Notes under the pieces: generated by a model
What the model was told of the DNA's origin: nothing
The model's input: the letters and a program-made list of their open reading frames with translations, nothing else
The model's database searches: none
Translations under genes and position numbers: made by a program
Assembly: GCA_963798085.1 (NCBI GenBank)
Contig: CAWCRS010000009.1
Coordinates: 128,001-192,000 of the forward strand
Source: an uncultured Gemmatimonadales bacterium
GTDB taxonomy: Bacteria; Gemmatimonadota; Gemmatimonadetes; Longimicrobiales; RSA9
Reading direction: 5' to 3'
Length of the DNA: 64,000 bases
In this document: piece by piece, positions 20,709 through 30,173 of the stretch
Position numbering within the stretch: position 1 is the stretch's first letter
Layout of the letters: each line of letters starts with the position of its first letter

Positions 20709-22942
20709 GCCTGATGCTCCATTGCGCTGCGCATGCCGGGTGCGTCTGCGAATTGCGTCTCTTCGCTCAACGCGCATCGCCTCCCTGCGTGCTCATGAAC
20801 TGCTCGATGGCGGCTTTCGCATCGCGCAGGCGATGCGGTCTTGAAATCGACCGGGCAGGCGCTCGCCTTCTCCGCGACATCGCGGATCGGACAACGCGTC
20901 ACACCCGCCGCCTTCGCTTCCTCGATGAAGCGGCGCATCTCCGGAGTGAGGCCATCCACACCCTCCGCCGCGGCGCGCAGCTGCTTCGTCTGCAGCTCGC
21001 GGAACATCACGAGCATGGTGTCCATGTCGAATGTGTCGGCCTCGATCATGGCCTGCTTGTTCTCGTCCATCACGTGCGTGGTGACGCGCCAGAAGCTGTG
21101 CTCGCGCGCGAATTTCTCGACCGTATTGCGTGCCAGCGGCCGCGCGATGAGCGGTACCAGCTGCAGTCGCTCGAACGCTTCCCGCGTCCACACGACGGGG
21201 TCCGTGGCATTGCGCTCGCGCGTCTGCACGTGACCCGTGTACGGACACTTCACGGTGATCATGGGCGTCGCTGGCAGGGCGTCGTCGTCCAGACCTTCGA
21301 CCACGGTGCGCGTCATGGCCTGCTGCGCCTTCACTTCCGCGAGCGCCAGCTCCTCCGCCGTGCCAATGCCCATGATCAGCTGCATGTGTGTGGGCAGCAG
21401 CTTGCGGATCGCCTCATCGAGGCGCTCGTTGGTGACCATGGGCAGTGCCGCAGGTCCCGCGGCGCTCGCACCATCGGCCTTGTCGTGGGCGCCGCCGGCG
21501 AAGCGCCGTTGCCGTTCAACTGCGCACCGTTGCCGTTGCCGTTCTCGTGCACCGCGTTCGCCGAAGCGTTGTTGCCGCTCGTGCCGTTCGCGCGGCCGGC
21601 CGCCTCACCGGCGTAGGTGCCGTTCGCGCCGGCGCCGTAGTTGTCGAGCACGAACTCCTCGACCGCCTTGCGCGCAATACCCAGCGCGAAGGGCGGCACG
21701 CGCAGGATGCGCACTTCCGCTTCCGGCGCCCATTCGAGACCGGTCTCGCCGTCTTCCTCGATCCAGGGAATCTCGTCGGGGCGCACATCGGTGGTGCCGA
21801 TCAACAGCACGTTAGTGTCCGTCAGGCGGCACAGGTTCTCCGCCTGCGAGCCGATGTCCGTGCCCTCGATGCGGTGGCCGCCGTGGCGGGCCAGAATGAG
21901 CAGCGACGGCTGCACTTCCTCGACCCACTGCAGGATGCACTGGAACGGCTTGCCGATGAGGATCTGCGTCTTGAGCGGCACGGCGGGATGGCGCTCGTGC
22001 ATCACTTCGGCGCGCTTGAGATTCGCCTGGCAGAGACTGCAGCAGGCCCTTGTCGATGATGTTGTTGTGCAGCTCTTCCTGCTCCTCGAACTTGAACACC
22101 TTCGAGGCCTGCACGGAGAGCACATCCTTGATGTTGCCGAACACGGCGTGGTGGTACTCGACATCGAACGCGGAGCAGGCATAGAGCGTGGCGTCGTACT
22201 GCTCGGCCATCTCCAGCGCCACGCGCATGGCCTTGTAGGCGTAGGACGAACCGTCGATGCAGACCATCCAGCTTGCCGCCGCGCAGCGGCCGGTCGTTGC
22301 GCACGACCAGCACGTCCTTCTCCACATTGCGCAGCACGCGCGCGGTGACGCCGCCCATCTGCGACAGTGGCTGGCGGCCGATGCCGTGCCGCCAATGCAG
22401 AGCAGGTCGTACGCGCGGCCGCTCGCAGCCGGCCAGCTTCTCGTCCTGCTCTTCGTCTTCCGCGATGAGGCGGCCGTTCTCGCCGATCTTCACATCGCTG
22501 CGCACGCTTCGCGCCGCCATCGTACTTGTCCGCGATGTTGGGATCGAAGCCGATCAGGCTGGGCAGCCGGCCCTCGCCCGCGGTTCACTTCGCGGATGAT
22601 CTCCTCGTAGTTGATGCCCTCGAGGAGCTGCCGCGTCATGGGCACACCCGCCGCCTCGCACTTCTTCGACGCCTGGTCAGGAACGAGTCGGAGATGAGCT
22701 GCAGTCCCTTCTCGATCAGCTTGTCGTGGATCTTGCGCTGCTTCCGGATCTCGTCCGGCGTCTGGAAACGCGCGGGCAGCCCCGTCTCCAGCTGGCGGAA
22801 GCGGATGTCGTGCAGGCGGGCAGCGTATACGTGATTGGCGGTGATGCGGCCACCGGTGCGCGGTGCACAGCTCGATGGCGCGGTCGATGGCCAGCAGCGA
22901 CTCGGTCGAATTGTCGACCGGTACAATGACTTCACGATACAT
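20705..22942 (-). CDS. Tandem universal stress protein (USP) domains plus PCP_red-like domains and Cys-Pro motifs (frameshifted)
   Basis: MYREVIVPVDNS, VCIDGSSYAYKA, MGGVTARVLR, IGSQAENLCR, WAPEAEVRILRVPPF, WTREAFERLQLVPL. The 3' end is uncertain (20705-20841). Confidence 0.8.
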
Positions 22943-23327
22943 GACGCCTCGCGCTCGGAGTCAACGAAAGCTCGCCCCGAAAAACGCTGCACGGGCATAC
23001 ACACCACCCGCGTGGCGGCGCGGTCAACTCAACGCGCCGTCCGAGCGCTCCTCGAAGCGTCTATCCCGACAGTTGCGACGTGAACGAACCTCAGATTCCC
23101 GAACTTCCATATCGGTACCAGCGCCGCAGCGCCGGCCGGATTCACTCGAGCGCCTGACTCGCCCCCGTTTGTGCGGTTGGCGAGGCCGATTCGTGCCGGG
23201 CGTCAGAACGTCGTGCTGATGTCGGGAAAAACCCGGCGGCGAAGTCGGGGGTGAGAATACCGGGCCGCTTCCGCGAGTGTCAAGGCCACGCGCACGGTGT
23301 TTTCAGGGCGAAAAACGACATTGCGCG

Positions 23328-24056
23328 CTACCGTCCATCGGCGCGGGCAAGGCTGCGCTGCAGGCGGGGCGCAAGCAGAGCGGTGAGTGTGATTGCCAGC
23401 AGGATCCAGGCGACGAGTGCTCGTCCGTGCACCGGCCACGTTCCGGCCTGCGCGCGGAGTGCCTCGTGCAGCGCGCGGAACGGTGCGGCCGCCTGAACGC
23501 GCGCACCCATCGAGTGCGTGACGGGTGTGCGGAAGACGCCCGAAGCGTGCAGCAGCAGCAGTGCCGCCACCGCCGCGAACAACGCGCCCTCGCCCACGGA
23601 CCTGGCCAGCGCGGCGATCCACAGCCCGAGCAGGTTGCTGATGAGCAGCGATCCCAGCAGCACAGCGGGCAGGCCGATCCAGGCGATGCCGGATGCGCGC
23701 GCGGCGACCAGGATCAGCGCGCTGCCGGGAAGCAGCTGGACGAAGTCGACTGCGGCGCCCGCGAACGCCCGGCCCAGCAGCACGCCCGCCGGCGAGAGCG
23801 GCGTGAGTACGAGTCGTCGCACCAGACCGCGCTCCGCATCGCGCAATGCCGGGATGGCGGCGCCGAACGTGCCGAACAGCGTGAACAGCACCGCGTAGAC
23901 CGCGGACGCGTGCACCAGCGGCGCGCCGCCCAGCGCGAGCGCCGCAACCAGCACGGAAGGCACGAAGATGTTGAGCGCGAACAGCCGGCGCCGCCGTGCA
24001 CTGCGCTGCCATTCGACGCGCCAGACCAGCGGCAGCGACCGAACGCGTGAACTCAT
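23328..24056 (-). CDS. ABC-2 type transporter permease
   Basis: About 6 TM helices, DAERGLVRRLVLTPLS motif. ATG overlaps the ATPase stop. Confidence 0.8.
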   Translation of the reverse strand: MSSRVRSLPLVWRVEWQRSARRRRLFALNIFVPSVLVAALALGGAPLVHASAVYAVLFTLFGTFGAAIPALRDAERGLVRRLVLTPLSPAGVLLGRAFAGAAVDFVQLLPGSALILVAARASGIAWIGLPAVLLGSLLISNLLGLWIAALARSVGEGALFAAVAALLLLHASGVFRTPVTHSMGARVQAAAPFRALHEALRAQAGTWPVHGRALVAWILLAITLTALLAPRLQRSLARADGR

Positions 24057-25013
24057 GCGTGCCCGTTTGCTGCTGGCTTCGCGATTGCGTCGTCGGTCCC
24101 GCTGCTCAGCTCTTCGCCGGTGAGGCGGCGGAACACATCGGCCAGCCCGGGCTCGCGCACGCGCACGGACAGGATACGCGCACCCGAGCGCACGAGCGCG
24201 GCGCAGATGTCGGGGAGCACGTCGGCGCCGCGCGCACTCGCGAACACGAGCCCGGATTCGCCCGGCGATGCACGCACGCCAGCGGGCAGATCCGCGGGTG
24301 GCGGAACGGGTGATGTCCAGCTCCACATCGATGCGCGTCTCGCCTGCGACGGAGCGCAGCAGCGCCTGCGCAGGCGAATCCGCGACCTTGCGACCGCGAT
24401 GCAGGAACACAATGCGCGTGGCGAGCGCGGCCGCGGCCGCATCGTTCGTGGCCAGCACCACGGCCGCGCCAGCCTGTGTCCGAGATTGCAGTTCCGCCGT
24501 CAGCGCGAGCAGTGCAGCCGGGTCCAGCCCGATGGTCGGCTCGTCCAGGAGCAGCAGCGCGGGTGCATGCGCCATGGCTTCCACGAGCGCGAGCTTGCGG
24601 CGCATGCCGAACGAGTACTCGCCCGCCGCCACACCGGCATCCGCGGCCAGGCCGAACGCCGCGAGCAGCGCATCGACCGCGCGCGGGCCGGCACCGTTGG
24701 CACGAGCGAAAAAGACGGCGTTCTCGCGGCCGCTCAGCTCGTCGAAGTGGGCCGCCTCATCGGGCGCGTAGCCGAAACGACGCAGAGCCGGAGCGGCATC
24801 GTCGCCTGCAATCCGGTGCCGCGCACCACGCGACGGCGCCAGGTCACCGGCGAGGATGCGCAGCAGCGTGCTCTTGCCGGAACCGTTGGGTCCGAGCAGC
24901 GCCAGCGTTTCGCCCGCGTGCACGGTGAGGTCAATGTCGTGGAGCGCGTCGCGGCCGGAGGCAAAACGGAAGCTCGCGCGCGTGAGAGAGACGAGCGGGG
25001 AAGCCTGCGTCAC
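24053..25013 (-). CDS. ABC transporter ATP-binding protein (frameshift about 24310)
   Basis: GPNGSGKST, YSFGMRRK, LLLLDEPT, C-terminal VREPGLADVFRRLTG. Confidence 0.88.
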
Positions 25014-25052
25014 GGGTCCCGGCCGCCGGCCGCCTCGCCCGCCTGCACGGCG

Positions 25053-25583
25053 TCACATCCCTTCCAGGCCCAGCTCGGTGCGCGCGCGATCCATGACCTC
25101 GGGCGAGATCACGGCGATGCCGTGCTCTTTCGCGTAGTCCGCGTAGATGCGCTTCACCATGCCGCGCACGAAGCCGGGCACCTTCGCGAGTCGTTCCTGC
25201 GCAGCACCATCCCACGTGACGGACAGGGCAGGCGACGCCACGGTTTCCGTTGCCGGCGCCGCTGCGGGCATGGCCGCGGCCGCGGCAGCATGCGGCGCCA
25301 TCCCGCCCACTAACAGCTCGTGAGGCGACGACTCCGTGAACACATCGCTGCGCGCGTCCGCGAGCGTGCTGCGCGTCATTTCCATGGGCTGCTCGGGCAC
25401 GGCGCGCCCGCCAATGCGCACGCCCAGGCTGCTCACCAGCTGCGTTTCCATGGGATTGGTGAGCATGGCGATCTCGTGGCCGCAGCGTGGACACGCGAAG
25501 ACGGCGGCCAGTGTGCCATCACCCGGCACCTGGCGCTCCGCGAAGGCCATCACTTCGTCGCAACCAATGCAGAGGAATTTCAT
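25053..25583 (-). CDS. Zn-ribbon (CxxC...CxxC) plus PCP_red-like domain protein
   Basis: MKFLCIGC...CPRC; C-terminal WDGAAQERLAKVPGFVRGMVKR....YAKEHG....PEVMDRAR. Confidence 0.82.
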   Translation of the reverse strand: MKFLCIGCDEVMAFAERQVPGDGTLAAVFACPRCGHEIAMLTNPMETQLVSSLGVRIGGRAVPEQPMEMTRSTLADARSDVFTESSPHELLVGGMAPHAAAAAAMPAAAPATETVASPALSVTWDGAAQERLAKVPGFVRGMVKRIYADYAKEHGIAVISPEVMDRARTELGLEGM

Positions 25584-26476
25584 GCGGCGTTCCTGCCGCC
25601 GTTCTCGCGCTCGACGCGATCCGCGAGACGGGCGAAGGCGTGGGCCGCGGGCGAGCCGGGCGCCTGCAGCACGAAAGGTTGACCGCGATCCGTCGCCTGA
25701 CCCAGCGCCGGCTCGAAGGGCACATCGGCCCACACCTCGAGTCCCGTCTCTGCGGCCAGCGCGCGCGCGCCATCCGCATCGAACAGCACGCGCGTCTCGC
25801 CGGTGGAGTCGACGTACGCAACCATGTTGGCGACAATGCCGACCGGCGAGATGTTCGCATCGCGCAGCAGGCGAGCGGACTTGGACACGACGAAGCGCGC
25901 GATCTCGGCGGGCGTCGTGACCAGCAGCGTCTGCTGCGGCTGCGGCAGCAGATCGAGCAGCCGCGCAATGCGATCCGTGCCGGGCGGCACATCGAGCAGC
26001 AGATAATCCAGCTCACCCCACACGACATCGGAGAGGAATTCGCGCAGCACGCCCGTCTCCGCGACGCCTCGCCAGATGAAGCCGTCGCCCGTGGGCGCGC
26101 GCCAGCGCAGCGGCGCGTCGTCCTCCTGCAGCAGGTCCATCGACATCACGCGCACACCGCCCGTATTCACGGCCGGCTGCACGCCCTCCTCGTCATCGCG
26201 CAGCTGTGCGCCGGCCACCCCCAGCATGCGTCCCAGCGATGGGCCGTTGAGGTCGGCATCCAGCGCACCCACAAGCGCACCGCGACTGGCGAGCGCCGTG
26301 GCCAGGTTCGCGGTGATGGCGCTCTTGCCCACGCCGCCCTTGCCGCTGAGCACGGGAATGATGGCGCGCACGCCTTCCAAACGGCGTGTCAGGCGGGCGC
26401 GCTGATCCAGCACCTGCTCGAGAATCTGCGAGCCGGTCTCGTGCGCAACTTCGTGGTAGGTACGGATCTTTCTCAT
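25580..26476 (-). CDS. Mrp/NBP35/ApbC-like P-loop ATPase
   Basis: SGKGGVGKS deviant Walker A, DADLNGPS, WRG, WGELDYLLLDVPPGT, VTTP. Confidence 0.9.
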   Translation of the reverse strand: MRKIRTYHEVAHETGSQILEQVLDQRARLTRRLEGVRAIIPVLSGKGGVGKSAITANLATALASRGALVGALDADLNGPSLGRMLGVAGAQLRDDEEGVQPAVNTGGVRVMSMDLLQEDDAPLRWRAPTGDGFIWRGVAETGVLREFLSDVVWGELDYLLLDVPPGTDRIARLLDLLPQPQQTLLVTTPAEIARFVVSKSARLLRDANISPVGIVANMVAYVDSTGETRVLFDADGARALAAETGLEVWADVPFEPALGQATDRGQPFVLQAPGSPAAHAFARLADRVERENGGRNAA

Positions 26477-26736
26477 GGCACCAGCTGTGCGCCGCTCTCG
26501 TCGAACAGCGTCAACGCGGAAACCGGACAGGAGCGACACGATTCGAGCAACCGCTCGCGCTCGATGGTGGCATTGCCATCGCAGAAGACGACGACGCCTT
26601 CCACGCCCATGCGGAACGTCTCCGGCGCCAGGTCGACGCAGGTCTCGAACGCAACGCAGAGGCTGCGGTCAATGCGCACGAGCAGTCCGCCGATGCTGCG
26701 TTCCTCGAAATGCTCCACCGTCGCCTGGTCCGTCAA
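26473..26736 (-). CDS. Small monocluster ferredoxin
   Basis: IDRSLCVAFETCVDLAPETF ... CRSCPVSAL (C-x2-F-x2-C...CP). Confidence 0.85.
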   Translation of the reverse strand: MTDQATVEHFEERSIGGLLVRIDRSLCVAFETCVDLAPETFRMGVEGVVVFCDGNATIERERLLESCRSCPVSALTLFDESGAQLVP

Positions 26737-26764
26737 TGCGCGTGGCGAAGCGGTTCGCCCGCGA

Positions 26765-27073
26765 TCAGGTGCGCGAGCCGGGCTCCTCGAAGGGGAACGG
26801 CAATTCCGACTGGCGTGGGCGAGCGAGGGGCGGCACGCGCGGCTTCTCCGGACGTCGCGCCGGACCCTGCCAGCCGCAGTGCACGCAGAAGCGCCACTCC
26901 GCCCAGGGAAGCACCCAGCGCAGCCAGCGCTTGCGCTGCGGGAAGGTCGAACCGAAGCAGGCCGGGCACTCGACTACCGGCCGCAACAGCAGTGCTGCGC
27001 CCAGCGCGAGCAGCAACCCGCGCAGCAGCACGAGGCCGAGAAGCACGAGAACGGCGAGTTCGGAGGGGTCCAC
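26765..27073 (-). CDS. Small membrane-anchored Zn-ribbon-like protein
   Basis: N-terminal hydrophobic helix, CPAC...CVHC. GTG start after GAGG. Confidence 0.6.
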   Translation of the reverse strand: MDPSELAVLVLLGLVLLRGLLLALGAALLLRPVVECPACFGSTFPQRKRWLRWVLPWAEWRFCVHCGWQGPARRPEKPRVPPLARPRQSELPFPFEEPGSRT

Positions 27074-27246
27074 ATTCCACCTCGACGGCCACCGCACACG
27101 GTCGCGCGCGTGTGAGCGCGACCTTCAACTCGCGTACACCTTGCCGACGCGCTGCGTTCGGCGCGCATACGCACCGCACGGAACAACGGGCAAGGAGCGG
27201 ACCAGCACCCCTGGACCGACTCCCACGTTCCCGTGGCAGAGCTCCA

Positions 27247-27543
27247 CTAGTGATGCGCTGCCCTCATGATGCGCACGCCAACGATGCGGAACGCGATCTT
27301 CGCGAGCAGCGGCAGCAGCAGGACGGTCAGCGCGCAGGCGAAGATGACCGCGCCAATGGGCGGCACTACGGAGTTGAGTCCCAGGCGCAGGAGGTACCAG
27401 ACCACGAGGTACAGCACCAGCGTACCCGCCAGGCCGAGCAGATGACGCCCGCCGCCACCACCTTCGATCTGGATCGGGAACCCACCCAGGTACAGTGCGG
27501 CCACGCTCCAGAACAGCGCGAGCGGTGCGAGCCAGGCGACCAC
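27247..27543 (-). CDS. Small three-TM membrane protein
   Basis: GGAGG RBS before GTG, LFWSVAALYLGG... hydrophobic. Artificially fused to HemL in the ORF track. Confidence 0.7.
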   Translation of the reverse strand: MVAWLAPLALFWSVAALYLGGFPIQIEGGGGGRHLLGLAGTLVLYLVVWYLLRLGLNSVVPPIGAVIFACALTVLLLPLLAKIAFRIVGVRIMRAAHH

Positions 27544-27664
27544 GTTGACCTCCGTCAATGCGTCGGGTTGCGTTTGGTGTCGGGAAACGGCCCGCCGGAC
27601 ATGCCGCGGGCCGCGCGGCGAGGATCGTACGCGCTCGGCGCGCGCGTGACAAGCGGCGTGCGGG

Positions 27665-28950
27665 CTAGCGGGCCCGCACCATGGCTTCGCGGGCCGCAAT
27701 GCGGAACCGCTCCAGCTCGGCATCGCCGTGCGCAACCGACACGAACGCCGACTCGAAGGGCGATGGTGCCAGGTAATGCCGCCCTCGAGCATGGCGCGGA
27801 AGAAGCGCGTGAAGCGCTCCCGGTCGCATGCGGCCGCGCCCTCCCAGTCCAGCACCGGCTGCGACGAAAAGAAGAAGCCGAACATGGAGCCGATCGCGGA
27901 TACCACGATCGGCACACCGGCGTCGTTGGCCGCGGCCTCGAGCGCCTGCGCGGTGTTGCGCGCCGTGTCCTCGAGCGTGGGCCAGACGCCGGCCTTGTCC
28001 AGCGCCTCGAGCGTGGCCAGTCCCGCGTGCATCGTGACCGGATTGCCGGAGAGCGTGCCTGCCTGGTAGACGGGGCCGGCGGGTGCGACGCGCTCCATGA
28101 TCTCGCGACGCCCGCCGAACGCACCCACCGGCAGGCCGCCGCCGATCACCTTGCCCAGCGTGGTGAGGTCCGGGGTCACGCCATACCGCGCCTGGGCGCC
28201 GCCCGGCGCGACGCGGAAGCCGGTCATCACCTCATCGAAAACCAGCAGTGCGCCATGCTCGGTGGTAATGCGACGCAGCTCCTGCAGGAACGTGGGCCGG
28301 GGCAGCACCAGACCCATGTTGCCCGCGACCGGCTCGACCAGCACGGCCGCGATCTGACCGGGATTCGCCTCGCACAACGCACGCACGGAGTCCGCATTGT
28401 TGTAGCGCGCCACGAGCGTGTCCGCGACCGTGGCCGCGGGTACACCCGGCGAGTCCGGCAGTCCCAGCGTCGCCACGCCCGAACCTGCCTGCACCAGCAG
28501 CATGTCCGCGTGCCCGTGATAACAGCCTGCAAACTTGATGAGCTTCGTGCGACCGGTGAACGCGCGCGCCACGCGGATCGTGCTCATGACCGCCTCGGTG
28601 CCCGAGCTGACGAAGCGCATGCGCTCGAGACTGGGCATACGCGACTGGATCTTCTCGGCGAGTTCGATCTCCGCTGTGGTGGGCGCGCCGAAGCTGGTGC
28701 CGCGTCTGGCTGCGTCGGCAATCGCGCGCAGGACGGCAATGTGCGCGTGACCCAGAACGAGCGGGCCCCAGGACAGGACGTAGTCGACGAAGCGGTTCCC
28801 GTCCGCGTCGATCACATACGCGCCTTCGCCCCGCTGAATGAACAGCGGGTCGCCACCGACCGAACGGAACGCGCGAACCGGCGAGTTGACGCCGCCCGGA
28901 AACAGCGCGAGCGCCTTCTGGAAGAGGCGGGCAGAGGTCTCGGTCTTCAT
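27665..28950 (-). CDS. hemL: Glutamate-1-semialdehyde 2,1-aminomutase (frameshift near 3' end)
   Basis: PGGVNSPVRAF, SSGTEA, GCYHGH, FDEVMTGFR, TLGKVIGGGLP, YQAGTLSGNP. Confidence 0.96.
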
Positions 28951-29498
28951 GGGGGGAACTTAGCACCCGGACCGTCTTGGCGTTGTTGGGTTGCGGGCTG
29001 TTCCGACATGGGTGGGTCCCACCCTGCAGGTCGAACGGGCCTGGCGCCACGCCGAGCTGGGGCGTGGGGCTATTCCAGCGACTCCGCGTTGCATGGCCGG
29101 GCGCGAGGCCCGGCTCGTCCGATAGCAGGAGCGGCCGCAACCCACGAACGCCAAGACGGTCCGAAAACCGGCGTTCTGGCTCGTCTGCCCATTCCCCACC
29201 CGTTTCGCGCCATACCGCCATTCCGTTGGCGCACGTGCGCATGAAAACGGTTCCACAGCGCCACCCGGGCCCCGATTCCAGCATAGCTGCACCGGCCCTG
29301 AGGAAAGAACCGCGATCCGGCGCGGCCGCAGGCCCAACGCGGAGGCGTGGAGTAGGGCAGACCCGGACGCCGGGTGATCCGGTGAGGTGGAAGGATCAGG
29401 AACATCCCCACTGGCTGCGGAGCCATGCGCATCGAAAGCTCAGGGAGGGATACCGGAGGGGCATCAGGCGCCGCTTGTCACGGCAACGGGAGGTCCGC

Positions 29499-29990
29499 AT
29501 GCGAGGGCTGGCGATTGTGGTTCTGCTGCTGAGCGTGGGCGCGTGCGGCGAAAGCCGGGCCGCGCGCGCGGAGCGCGAGAAGGCCGAGCGCACGGCCGCG
29601 GCGCAGGACACTGTGCGCATGGCCCAGGCTGCGTACGACCCCGCCTTCTTCGATACCATCGTATGGTCGAGGCCGGTGCTCGCGCTGCAGCGCGGGGAGG
29701 TCGTTTGGCAGGTGAGCTGCATGAAGTGCCACGGCAAGGGAGGCAAGGGCGACGCAGGCCTCGTGCTGCACGGAGACACGCTGCGTCCGCCTTCGTTCCT
29801 GGCGCCCGACTGGCGCTTCGCCACCGACCTCGAGGGTCTGCGGAAGTACATCTACGTGGGCAACGACAAGGGCATGCCGCACTGGGGCCTGACGGCTCTC
29901 CAGCTGCACGACATCGACGCCGTCGCCCGGTACATCCAGCAGACGCTGCGCGAGCATGTGGTCAGCGCGAAGGGCGCAGCCGCGAAGTAG
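29499..29990 (+). CDS. Monohaem c-type cytochrome lipoprotein
   Basis: GGAGG RBS, lipobox VGAC, CMKCH, GMPHW axial Met. Confidence 0.85.
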   Translation: MRGLAIVVLLLSVGACGESRAARAEREKAERTAAAQDTVRMAQAAYDPAFFDTIVWSRPVLALQRGEVVWQVSCMKCHGKGGKGDAGLVLHGDTLRPPSFLAPDWRFATDLEGLRKYIYVGNDKGMPHWGLTALQLHDIDAVARYIQQTLREHVVSAKGAAAK

Positions 29991-30173
29991 ACTCACGCGA
30001 GCACCGCGCCCGCAGGCGCGCGGGCGCACCACGCCGGCAGACTCGCCTGAGCACCGCGCCCCCAGAGCTGCCATCAGGCAGGCATTCAGACGTCACGAGT
30101 GCGACGCCTCGCCTGAGGGTCCGGACACCGGATTCGCCGCCGATCGCGTCGACGCGAGACAGGTCCGCAATGG

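Noticed and set aside
23328..25013. Apparent ABC ATPase-permease fusion (561 aa)
   Set aside because: The ATPase C-terminus continues in another frame to a TGA overlapping the permease ATG. The fusion is due to an indel.
19321..25583. Photosynthesis (bch) gene cluster suggested by PCP_red domains
   Set aside because: Only the small C-terminal domain is present. No BchN/B/L catalytic domains or puf/bch genes are in the window.
27247..28950. HemL fused to a membrane domain
   Set aside because: The HemL C-terminal motif (APSPFES.FVS) is in another frame ending at 27665, and the membrane ORF has its own GGAGG RBS.
26386..29244. Long plus-strand ORFs (952 aa here; similarly 13417-15039, 25487-27115, 41503-42921)
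   Set aside because: They are antisense shadows of well-supported minus-strand genes in high-GC DNA, with Arg/Ala/Pro-rich composition and no motifs.
28951..29498. FNR/Fur/sigma54 sites in the divergent promoter region
   Set aside because: No convincing match to the TTGAT-N4-ATCAA, Fur-box or GG-N10-GC consensus was found by eye.
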